NCBI GenBank assembly: GCA_030587475.2
Contig: JAUQYZ020000103.1
Location: forward strand, 1-20,963
Reading direction: 5' to 3'
DNA length: 20,963 bases
Source of the DNA: Candidatus Sigynarchaeum calidifontis
GTDB lineage: Archaea; Asgardarchaeota; Lokiarchaeia; Sigyniarchaeales; Sigyniarchaeaceae
Both the position numbers and the translations under genes were made by a program. The number at the start of each line of letters is the position of its first letter. The first letter of the stretch is position 1. The notes below the pieces were generated by a model. It ran no database searches. It was not told where the DNA came from and worked only from the letters and a program-made list of their open reading frames with translations. Shown piece after piece: positions 1-7,194 of the stretch.

Positions 1-1
1 C

Positions 2-1015
2 TATGGTTGGCGGGATGTTCTTCAAGACTTGTACGACTTGGTCGAAAGCGCCGAGATCGCCGGTGAAGCGCCCGTCGAGCGCGGGCAAGCTCGCGAGCAT
101 GTTTGCCGTGGCTTCCGTGAAAAAACGCAAGGTGGTCGGGCTGCCTTTGGAGATAAAAACGAGGCTGTAATTGTTCTTGATGGGATAGAACGTTATGTGG
201 ATGAATCCCTCCCGGACGGCCCCCTTGAGCTGGAGCTCGACCGAACGCATGATGGTCTTTGCGACGGACAAGGATGTCGTGATGATCGTCGAGAGTTGAG
301 CAGAAATGAGATTTTCAATGACCGAGGGCGCATCTGATCCGGCATCGATGCGTATCCGGAAAAAGCCGTCCATGTTTTCGAAGAACCGGCTAGCAACGGG
401 TACGCTACCATACATGGCGGACGCGAACAAGAACATGCAATCCCCGCCCTGGCTCGGCGGCGCGTCAAGCGAGGCGTAATCGTCCTTGAGAATCACCTGG
501 CTCGCTTGCACGACCTCTTCGAATAGATCTGTTAAAACTTGATACATCTCGAGCTTTTGCGCTTGCGAGAGCGCGGCGATGGAGATATTCTCAAAGTCGA
601 TGGCTTCGGCGAACCGCTTCGCGAAGATATCGATGAAAGCGTTCGCCTGGTTCGTGAGCTGCTCAGGCGTCAACACGGCGATGTCAAGTACTTTCAAGTC
701 GTCGTTTGACGGGTATGTCGCACACACGGCGACCGTTTCACCGGCCTTGTTGTTAAGGAATCTGAACAGGATATGTTCTTGAGTGATAAGGTGTAGTTTG
801 GTTTCCGAATACACCTTTTTCACGTCACCTTGCTGCAACGTCATGCTTGGCTCGTGCACCAGTTCCGACAGCTCGGCATCACGAACCAGATTCTTTGAAA
901 ACGAGATCGAGAATTTCGCGAGATCGAGAACAGGTCGGAGGTCTGGATCCGAGGAATATAACACGTTATCCTCGAACAAGACGCCAATGTTGACCGGTTG
1001 CTTTCGCAGCGCCAT
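2..1015 (-). CDS. Putative tandem longin-like domain protein (>=338 aa, 3' end runs off the left edge; absent from the ORF track)
   Basis: Manual translation from ATG at 1015 (in-frame TGA upstream at 1052-1054) is open to the window edge: MALRKQPVNIGVLFEDNVLYSS...CMFLFASAMYGSVPVASRFF...VIENLISAQLSTII...FIHITFYPIKNNYSLVFISKG...FTGDLGAFDQVVQVLKNIPPTI. Track ORF 29..337(+) is its antisense shadow. The CDS is well supported; the longin call is inferred from hydrophobic pattern. Confidence 0.8.
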   Translation of the reverse strand, partial: MALRKQPVNIGVLFEDNVLYSSDPDLRPVLDLAKFSISFSKNLVRDAELSELVHEPSMTLQQGDVKKVYSETKLHLITQEHILFRFLNNKAGETVAVCATYPSNDDLKVLDIAVLTPEQLTNQANAFIDIFAKRFAEAIDFENISIAALSQAQKLEMYQVLTDLFEEVVQASQVILKDDYASLDAPPSQGGDCMFLFASAMYGSVPVASRFFENMDGFFRIRIDAGSDAPSVIENLISAQLSTIITTSLSVAKTIMRSVELQLKGAVREGFIHITFYPIKNNYSLVFISKGSPTTLRFFTEATANMLASLPALDGRFTGDLGAFDQVVQVLKNIPPTI

Positions 1016-1174
1016 TCTGTTCGACTTCCATGTACTTGCACCGAGGTCGCCTCAACCAATCGCGACCAATCCCATTATTGCCGGAATTGCCCCATATGAT
1101 ATCTATGCAATGGAAGGGAATATTAGACTTGCGCTTGTGTGCAAATTAGAGCAAGGAGAAAGAATCTTTCTTGT

Positions 1175-2083
1175 TTACAAGCCGCGATACCATTCTGGAC
1201 GGAAATAGCGGCGTGGATCCTGGAGGGCCTTGTCGATCGTCGAAAGGAGGAGGCGTTTATCAGCTGCTAGCACGCCTTTCAACACGACGTAATTCGAAGC
1301 ATGATTTGACCGGAACACGCAATCATGGACGGCCTCGTCGATGTGCTCGATCATGAGCCGGACTTCTTTGACGATCTCGATCTCGTCCATCGGCAAGAAT
1401 TTTCCCTCCGAGCGAGCCTTTTCCAATGTCGTGTGCGGGGGAATCATCAAGGTCAACACGCCGATGTACCACGTTTGGTGGGCGTCCGGACACATGCGAT
1501 TGATCATCCGGGCGCTGGCGATGGCATGGTCGCGCGACTTGCGCTCGTCCTTGCCCGTGATACCGGCGATGATGGTACCGGAAAAAGTGATGCCGTTCCG
1601 CATCAACTTCCGGGCAGCCTCTACGAGCTGGTCAGCCGTGATGTTTTTCTTGATCTGCTTGAGGATCTCGTCGTCGCCGGACTCGAGACCAACGTATGCA
1701 ATGCCGAGACCCGCGTCCGCGAGTTCCTTGAGCTCGGCATCGGTCTTGCCGAGCACGTCTTCCCCGCAAGCGTAGACGCCGACTCGATCGAGGTGCGGGA
1801 AAGTTTTCTTGGCATGGCGAGTTATCTCGATGAGATCGCCGGCCGGCATGCTCAAGGCGTTGCCATCGAGAAAGAAAATGCGTTCGACACCTGGCCCATA
1901 GATTTTACGTGCCGCGTCTATATCTAGCTTGATTTCCTCGACCGGCCGGATAAGATACCTTTTTCCATAATTGCTGATGCAAAACGTGCACCGATGGGTG
2001 CAGCCCTCGGTCGCCTGGATGAGCAAGGATCCGGCTTCGCTTGGCGGGCGGAATACAGGTTCCTTGTAATAGGGACGTTCCAT
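1175..2083 (-). CDS. Radical SAM protein (RPPSE-type, COG1032-like core), about 302 aa
   Basis: CxxxCxxC (CTHRCTFC), N-terminal RPPSEAGSLLIQAT, GLESG, FRSNHASNY. Start moved to ATG 2083 (MERPYY) because the track extension to 2464 overlaps the divergent GTPase. Confidence 0.9.
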   Translation of the reverse strand: MERPYYKEPVFRPPSEAGSLLIQATEGCTHRCTFCISNYGKRYLIRPVEEIKLDIDAARKIYGPGVERIFFLDGNALSMPAGDLIEITRHAKKTFPHLDRVGVYACGEDVLGKTDAELKELADAGLGIAYVGLESGDDEILKQIKKNITADQLVEAARKLMRNGITFSGTIIAGITGKDERKSRDHAIASARMINRMCPDAHQTWYIGVLTLMIPPHTTLEKARSEGKFLPMDEIEIVKEVRLMIEHIDEAVHDCVFRSNHASNYVVLKGVLAADKRLLLSTIDKALQDPRRYFRPEWYRGL

Positions 2084-2125
2084 CAGCTTAAATAATACCA
2101 CACGGTTTAAAATTCGTGAGGCATC
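2084..2125. promoter_or_regulatory. Compact divergent promoter region with two TATA-like boxes
   Basis: 42-bp gap between divergent starts, containing TTAAATA (~2088-2094) and TTTAAAA (~2106-2112). Confidence 0.5.
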
Positions 2126-3043
2126 GTGCCGTTCAAGACTGTCAAGGCATGGGAGCTCATCTGGAATAACATACGCAAGGCCGAGCTCGTTTTGGAGGTA
2201 CTCGACGCGCGGAACCCGCAAGGCACTCGATCGCCCGAGATCGAGGCATTCGTTAGGAAACAAGAGCACCGTCGCCTTGCCATCGTTCTGAACAAGATCG
2301 ATCTCGTTCCGCGAAAGGTCGTGCAAGAGTGGCAAGCCTTGCTTGCAAAGGAGTTTCCAACCATCTGTATCAACGCCCGGCACCCTTCGAACGTGTCGGA
2401 ATTCATCGTTTTCATGAAACGCATATTGAAAGATCTTCCTCTGTGGTCGGATCCAGGGCTGCATTGCAGCGTTCTCGTCGTCGGCTATCCAAACTCGGGT
2501 AAATCAACGCTCATCCAATCACTCACGCGGAACCGGAAGAAACTAGGCATATCGAGCCAAGCAGGGTTCACGAAGGCGATCCAGAAGATCAAGCTCGACG
2601 AGAAAATCTACTTGCTCGACACCCCTGGCGTGATACCGGTTGAAGATTTCGAGGAGGAGATCCGGCAAGCTCTGGATACGGGCTCAATTTCACCGCAAAT
2701 GATCAGTGACAAGGAATCCGTGTGCGATGAGATCATCCGGCGTGTTGGCATACAAGGATTAAACGAGATCTACGGCACGACCGCGGTTGGCAAGGATGAT
2801 TTCATCGAACTTCTTGGAAAAGCACGAGGGTTTCTCGCCAAGGGTGCCACCGTGCGTGAGAATGATGTCTTCGAGCTATTGATCCGTGACTGGCAGAGAA
2901 ATCACATCGCATTCTATTACTCGCCGGATCCGGCAAACCCAACATCGAGGGGGATTCCACATGCCGGAAGGAGCCGGGGGTTTGGCACGCGCGACGTCCA
3001 AGCGGACGACGAACAAGGTACCGATCCCGCCATCGATAAATAA
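2126..3043 (+). CDS. Circularly permuted GTPase, YlqF/RbgA-Nug1/Nog2 family (large ribosomal subunit biogenesis)
   Basis: Motif order G4 NKID, G5 INAR, G1 GYPNSGKS, G2 GFT, G3 DTPG; also DARNP and C-terminal IRDWQR. GTG start. Confidence 0.92.
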   Translation: MPFKTVKAWELIWNNIRKAELVLEVLDARNPQGTRSPEIEAFVRKQEHRRLAIVLNKIDLVPRKVVQEWQALLAKEFPTICINARHPSNVSEFIVFMKRILKDLPLWSDPGLHCSVLVVGYPNSGKSTLIQSLTRNRKKLGISSQAGFTKAIQKIKLDEKIYLLDTPGVIPVEDFEEEIRQALDTGSISPQMISDKESVCDEIIRRVGIQGLNEIYGTTAVGKDDFIELLGKARGFLAKGATVRENDVFELLIRDWQRNHIAFYYSPDPANPTSRGIPHAGRSRGFGTRDVQADDEQGTDPAIDK

Positions 3044-3068
3044 TAAAGCATCCAGTTCGTTATTACGG

Positions 3069-3075
3069 TTATAAA
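3069..3075 (+). promoter_or_regulatory. TATA box of tRNA-Gln
   Basis: TTATAAA 25-31 nt upstream of the mature tRNA 5' end. Confidence 0.6.
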
Positions 3076-3099
3076 GCACCGGCGTGCGAGACCAACCAT

Positions 3100-3172
3100 A
3101 GCTCGATGGTGTAGCGGCCCAGCATCTGGGGCTCTGAACCCCGGGACGCAGGTTCGAATCCTGCTCGAGCTA
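3100..3172 (+). tRNA. tRNA-Gln(CTG), intronless, CCA not encoded
   Basis: Acceptor stem AGCTCGA/TCGAGCT plus discriminator A; anticodon arm TGGGG-CTCTGAA-CCCCG; T arm GCAGG-TTCGAAT-CCTGC. The A1:U72 pair is typical of archaeal tRNA-Gln. A T-rich tract follows. Confidence 0.96.
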
Positions 3173-3255
3173 TATCTATTTTTATCCATCATCGAATTCC
3201 TTGCAGAATGCCGGGTTATTATAACGAAAGCGATTAAAACAATGGATCCAGCACG

Positions 3256-4116
3256 ATGATTATGAGCATCGATACGAGCAAGATCATCGACGGAAAGGCA
3301 TGTAGTCTGGAATTGAAGGACAAACTCAAACTGCGCGTCGCGGCGCTGGTGAAAAAAGGAATCGTGCCAGGGCTGGCGACGGTGCTTGTCGGTGACGACC
3401 CCGCATCGAAGGTGTACGTTGCAAACAAGCACAAGGACTGTGCAGAGATTGGTATCAAATCATTCCACGTCAATCTCCCTGCTTCGACGAGCGAGGGAGA
3501 ATTGCTGGAGAAGCTGAAGGATTATAATCATAATCCGGCCATCCATGGTATCCTCGTGCAACTCCCGCTGCCGAAGCATATCGACGTGGAAAACGTCTTG
3601 TCTTGCATAGATCCTCGAAAGGATGTCGATGGCTTCCACCCGCAGAACCTGGGCAACCTCTTTCGGGGCAATGGCAAGCACATCTTCACGTCGTGCACGC
3701 CGGCTGGCATCATCTACTTGCTCAAGTGGGCCAATATTGACTTAAGGGGTTTGGATGTTGTTATTGTAAACCGCTCGAACATCGTGGGCAGGCCCCTCGT
3801 CCCATTGTTCTTGAAAGAAAACGCGACGGTGCAAGTGTGCCACACGGGAACCAGGGATCTGGCCGGTCATTGCCGGCGAGCGGACCTGGTCGTTACAGGA
3901 ACCGGCAAGGCCAAGATGTTTACCCGAGAATATTTCAAGGAAGGCGCGATCGTCGTGGACGTGGGGATGAATCGGACCGAGCAAGGACTTTGCGGGGACG
4001 TGGATTTCGCGAACGTTGTGGACAAGGTTGCCAGGATTACTCCCGTCCCGGGTGGTGTGGGTTTGATAACTAGGGCCATGCTGATGCAGAACACGGTCAT
4101 TGCAGCAGAACTATGA
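3256..4116 (+). CDS. folD: Bifunctional methylenetetrahydrofolate dehydrogenase/cyclohydrolase
   Basis: IIDGK, YVANK (YxxxK), GILVQLPLP, KDVDGFHP, SCTP, DVG, TPVPGGVG. Start could be ATG 3262. Confidence 0.96.
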   Translation: MIMSIDTSKIIDGKACSLELKDKLKLRVAALVKKGIVPGLATVLVGDDPASKVYVANKHKDCAEIGIKSFHVNLPASTSEGELLEKLKDYNHNPAIHGILVQLPLPKHIDVENVLSCIDPRKDVDGFHPQNLGNLFRGNGKHIFTSCTPAGIIYLLKWANIDLRGLDVVIVNRSNIVGRPLVPLFLKENATVQVCHTGTRDLAGHCRRADLVVTGTGKAKMFTREYFKEGAIVVDVGMNRTEQGLCGDVDFANVVDKVARITPVPGGVGLITRAMLMQNTVIAAEL

Positions 4117-4219
4117 CGTCGCCGCACGTGCGAGCTGGTTTAAAATAAAGTTTTTTTATAAGGCAGCCTCATCCCACATGCACGTATCCTTTTCCTCAAC
4201 TCTCCGAAAGTCGAGCGCC

Positions 4220-4963
4220 ATGTCCGAAATCGAGAAGATTTGCATACATTTCAAGGAAACTGGCAAGGTTGGTAATTCTGGGCAAACATTATATTACTGC
4301 GATGCTCGCGATTTCGTCCTCGGCGAGGATGCAAAGATATGCTTCGTTTGTAGTGAATACAAGCCAAGCAAGACTGATTTTGACGATAAAATCCGCCAGA
4401 ACATAATAGATTATCTCAACGGGAAGCGGAAACGAGAAGCAGTTCGCTGGAAGGGTAGCAAGCGGTCCACCAGGTCTTCATCATCACGCAAGTCCCGCGA
4501 TGATTACGACGAAGACGAGGAAGAAGAATCCGAGGCCGAGGAGGGCGAGGAAAGCGAGGAAGCCGAGGATGGTGACGAGGCCGAAGAAGGCGAGGAAGCC
4601 GAGGAGGCTGACGAGGTCGAGGATGCCGACGAAGGCGATGAATTTAGGCATAAGAAAAAGAAATCCGAGAAAAAGCCGGTCGCCAAGAAAAATACCACCA
4701 AAACCACGAAAGCATCGAAGCCAGCCAAGGAGATCGCCCTCGAGAAAGATGATCTTGAACTGTACGAGCTTATCAAGAGCAAGGGTGACGAGGGCATCAT
4801 CCAGATGAATATCAAGGATGAAAGCAAATTACCACCCAGCAAGATTTCCAAGATCATCTTGAAACTCAAGAATGCCGGGCTAATCGTCAAGGAGAATACC
4901 AAGATAAAGGACGCCAAGGGAAAAAGCATCGTCACGAACTTGATCAAGGCGGTAAAGAAATGA
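4220..4963 (+). CDS. Protein with N-terminal Cys4 domain, basic-acidic-basic linker and C-terminal RPC34/TFE-beta-like winged helix (247 aa)
   Basis: ATG 4220 lies downstream of TTTTATAA (~4153-4160). Cys at residues 8, 27, 41 and 44; long D/E tract; LYELIKSKGDEGIIQMNIKDESKLPPSKISKIILKLKNAGLIVKE fits a winged-helix pattern. Confidence 0.8.
   Translation: MSEIEKICIHFKETGKVGNSGQTLYYCDARDFVLGEDAKICFVCSEYKPSKTDFDDKIRQNIIDYLNGKRKREAVRWKGSKRSTRSSSSRKSRDDYDEDEEEESEAEEGEESEEAEDGDEAEEGEEAEEADEVEDADEGDEFRHKKKKSEKKPVAKKNTTKTTKASKPAKEIALEKDDLELYELIKSKGDEGIIQMNIKDESKLPPSKISKIILKLKNAGLIVKENTKIKDAKGKSIVTNLIKAVKK
4535..4642 (+). repeat. Twelve degenerate 9-bp coding repeats encoding (small residue)-[DE]-[DE]
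   Basis: AEE GEE SEE AED GDE AEE GEE AEE ADE VED ADE GDE; units such as GCCGAGGAG and GGCGAGGAA. Confidence 0.85.
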
Positions 4964-4990
4964 TCTCTAGCGAAAGCAGCCATTGATCCA

Positions 4991-5023
4991 CGCAGACAGC
5001 TGCGATCGCGCTTGTTTTTTTTT
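4991..5023 (+). terminator. Short hairpin plus T9 run, terminator between convergent genes
   Basis: CGCAG-ACAG-CTGCG (4991-5004), then T9 at 5015-5023. Confidence 0.6.
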
Positions 5024-5041
5024 GTGAAACGAAATTGCCTT

Positions 5042-5698
5042 TCAATATTCGGGTACATCGAGATACGTTGCAAGAAACTCGTGGAACGGCGCGAGCTTGA
5101 GCATCGCCTTCACGCGCTCCTTCAAGATCTTGAGATGGCGATAATCCGTGCTGGTAAGAGGCTTGCCTTGTTTTTTCTTCAGCAAGGCTGCAAGCTCTTG
5201 CTTGGTAAGGAGGGGATTGTCGGGGTGGAGTGAGTCATGCTGTTTCGCCTCCTTGATGAAATCAGCGATGTTGGTGAATTTTGGCACGCCTTTGTCGCTT
5301 TCTGATGGCGGCATGAGCGAACGATCGAGCAAGACGAGATTGGCGATCATTTGCTTCGCTGTCTCTATGTCTCCCCGCAAGTACGTGCGATTCCGGATCC
5401 AATCGGCGAATCTTTCGAATGCAGTGACAAAATCCTCGCTTGGTGGAATGTCCCCGGCTGGTTTGGGTACCTTGAGCCGTTGTTGCGCTGGCACATGGGT
5501 CAAGTTCTTCTCGTCGAGCAACCGCTTGAGCAAAGCGATCTTCATGCGGTCTGGCATCGGCGCCGACTCGACCATCGGCGTTGATTCATCGGGTTCGCCG
5601 GCATCGCTTGCCTTCTCTTGCGCAGGTGGCATTTTCTTCGCTTTGTGGCCCGCCTTTAAGAATTCATCGAGCGACATCGTGTCCAATCTCCGAGCCAT
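5042..5698 (-). CDS. Hypothetical protein (218 aa), helical with low-complexity linkers
   Basis: Fills the gap between its neighbours; natural composition; ordered block FERFADWIRNRTYLRGDIETAKQMIANL. No family recognised. Confidence 0.75.
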   Translation of the reverse strand: MARRLDTMSLDEFLKAGHKAKKMPPAQEKASDAGEPDESTPMVESAPMPDRMKIALLKRLLDEKNLTHVPAQQRLKVPKPAGDIPPSEDFVTAFERFADWIRNRTYLRGDIETAKQMIANLVLLDRSLMPPSESDKGVPKFTNIADFIKEAKQHDSLHPDNPLLTKQELAALLKKKQGKPLTSTDYRHLKILKERVKAMLKLAPFHEFLATYLDVPEY

Positions 5699-5753
5699 CG
5701 TTAAAAAGGAGCGTTGTTAAGCTATTAGCACGTTGATATCCCGGTTTGCCAGA

Positions 5754-6647
5754 TTAAATGCTCCTCCAATGAGCAAGGATCGCCGAGCCGACGGGCACGT
5801 TGAAGTAAGCCTCCATCACGGCACACTTCGCGAGGAGGCAAAAAAACAGGTTATCCGTCTTGGGACGATCCGACAGCGCTTCAAAATTGCCTTGCCCCTT
5901 GGAAATGATGATATCAGCCGCTTTGTACGCGTGGACGAGCTCTGGGGATGCTTCATCAAGGATCAACCCTGGAGATTGGGTACCCTCGATGATCGTTGCG
6001 ATATTATCGATGCCGGCAGCCTTTGCATCGTCAATAGTTGCATCGTTGATGATAGGGCCGGCACGAACCGAAAAGAACACGTTGATGCGGAACGAGCGCG
6101 TTATCTCTTCCAAGAAGATCTTGTCAAAAAGAATCTCTCCTGCATTGTCGGCAATGTAGAGTAACGTCCTGGCATTTCCAAGCTCGGCTTTTAACGAGTC
6201 GAAATGGTCGACAGCCAACCGTAGCGAATCGATCTCGGCCTGGAGATCAAAATCGTGATGTGTTCCAAGATCCATCACGTTCCCAGCTATTGCAATGACC
6301 GCGGCTGTCTTGAGCCGGTCGCTGCTGCCCGCTACTTTTGCTTTCGCGACGGGATAGAGCCGCCTGGCTTCATCATTCAAGCGCTGCTTGGCATCCTTGA
6401 ACATGTCCGGTTCTCCCAAGTATTCCGCAACGAGCGCGTACACGTCGCGGCCGGTCTTCGCGGGTAATTGTTCCATGACCCGGTCATCCCTCAAAATGCC
6501 CATGACGTGATTCAGCAAGCCTTTCTTGTCCATTCGAGAGAGCCGCCGGCCATTCATGTCCACGACTCGCAGTACTTGATTCAGCAAGCACGGGATGCAA
6601 TTTACGTGAAATTTCAAGCGGGACACCCATGAACCTATGGCGGACAT
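5754..6647 (-). CDS. DUF89/ARMT1-like damage-control metal-dependent phosphatase
   Basis: N-terminal CIPC, GNVMDLG, DNAGEILFD, PIINDAT, KGQGNFEAL, AKC. Alternative start TTG at 6617. Confidence 0.92.
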   Translation of the reverse strand: MSAIGSWVSRLKFHVNCIPCLLNQVLRVVDMNGRRLSRMDKKGLLNHVMGILRDDRVMEQLPAKTGRDVYALVAEYLGEPDMFKDAKQRLNDEARRLYPVAKAKVAGSSDRLKTAAVIAIAGNVMDLGTHHDFDLQAEIDSLRLAVDHFDSLKAELGNARTLLYIADNAGEILFDKIFLEEITRSFRINVFFSVRAGPIINDATIDDAKAAGIDNIATIIEGTQSPGLILDEASPELVHAYKAADIIISKGQGNFEALSDRPKTDNLFFCLLAKCAVMEAYFNVPVGSAILAHWRSI

Positions 6648-6724
6648 GTATCGCTCGTGTTCGTCCGACAGATCCTATTTATGAGAACCAGGTTTTTTAA
6701 TCAGCTGTTACCGGGGGAATAATA

Positions 6725-6739
6725 CGTGGCAATGCCACG
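6725..6739. promoter_or_regulatory. Palindrome, candidate operator
   Basis: CGTGGCA-A-TGCCACG; half-site TGCCACG recurs at 6779-6785 on the other side of an A/T-rich TATA-like element (6751-6770). Confidence 0.4.
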
Positions 6740-6803
6740 ATCAATCCTCCTTTAAAGGTTTTTTTATGAATCGCACCCTGCCACGCCCTCGATTTCAATA
6801 TCT

Positions 6804-6922
6804 GGCAAGCCCGCACGACTCGTATAAGACCAGCATATTTATTCTCCCGAAGTAAAGGAAAGGCCGGGTCTGGAGCGCTTTCGGGTCGGGCTTGCCCGAG
6901 CAAGCCTGCTCTTGAGCGCTTT
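6804..6922. ncRNA. Candidate structured RNA or leader element, family unknown
   Basis: Perfect 10-bp inverted repeat GGCAAGCCCG (6804-6813)/CGGGCTTGCC (6887-6896), with inner helices and competing hairpins. Confidence 0.35.
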
Positions 6923-7017
6923 TACAAGATAGCAACGATTATGTGCAAGAAAAAGATATCCATGCGAAATTTAAACTGGTTTAGGATAGGTTTTTTTTTA
7001 TTTTTTGTAGATCATCA

Positions 7018-7104
7018 AGCAGCATTCGTGCAGCGAATGCGAAATGCATTCGTGCATTCGTGCTGCTACAGGCATGCATCCAGCTGGCCGGCGGTGCCGG
7101 CCAG
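7018..7104. repeat. GCATTCGT micro-repeat/hairpin cluster plus 9-bp GC hairpin
   Basis: GCATTCGT three times, inverted CGAATGC once, enclosed by AGCAGCA/TGCTGCT; CTGGCCGGC-GGT-GCCGGCCAG at 7084-7104 next to an A-run (oligo-T on the minus strand). Confidence 0.6.
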
Positions 7105-7194
7105 AAAAAAGTGACAAGACGTACTGATGAAGTGCCAGGAAACCCTTTATTTCCAACCTCCTTTCGCTAGTGCTTCACCCCGTCAACTTTCACC

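Noticed and set aside
29-1208. Track ORFs 29..337, 193..468, 579..782, 783..1208 and 841..1059
   Set aside because: Shadows or alternate frames of the long minus-strand CDS 2..1015.
2084-2464. N-terminal extension of the radical SAM ORF
   Set aside because: It is antisense to the GTPase; the family-like sequence begins at MERPYY (2083).
3100-3260. tRNA as an integration site for a mobile element
   Set aside because: No integrase and no duplicated tRNA 3' end seen; folD follows directly.
4114-4143. Selenocysteine or readthrough at the folD TGA
   Set aside because: FolD is already complete at this point, and the extension is 8 unremarkable codons.
4100-4219. TTG-start extension of the winged-helix gene
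   Set aside because: Overlaps the folD end and runs through the TATA element; ATG 4220 fits better.
4504-5073. 189-aa Ser-rich minus-strand ORF
   Set aside because: Antisense reading of the Glu/Asp repeat.
6850-6872. AGGAAAGGCC resembling RNase P CR-I, or an SRP RNA
   Set aside because: No CR-V partner and no SRP helix-8 motif found.
7124-7142. CTGATGA...GAAA hammerhead-like core
   Set aside because: No stem II between the motifs and no matching stems I/III.
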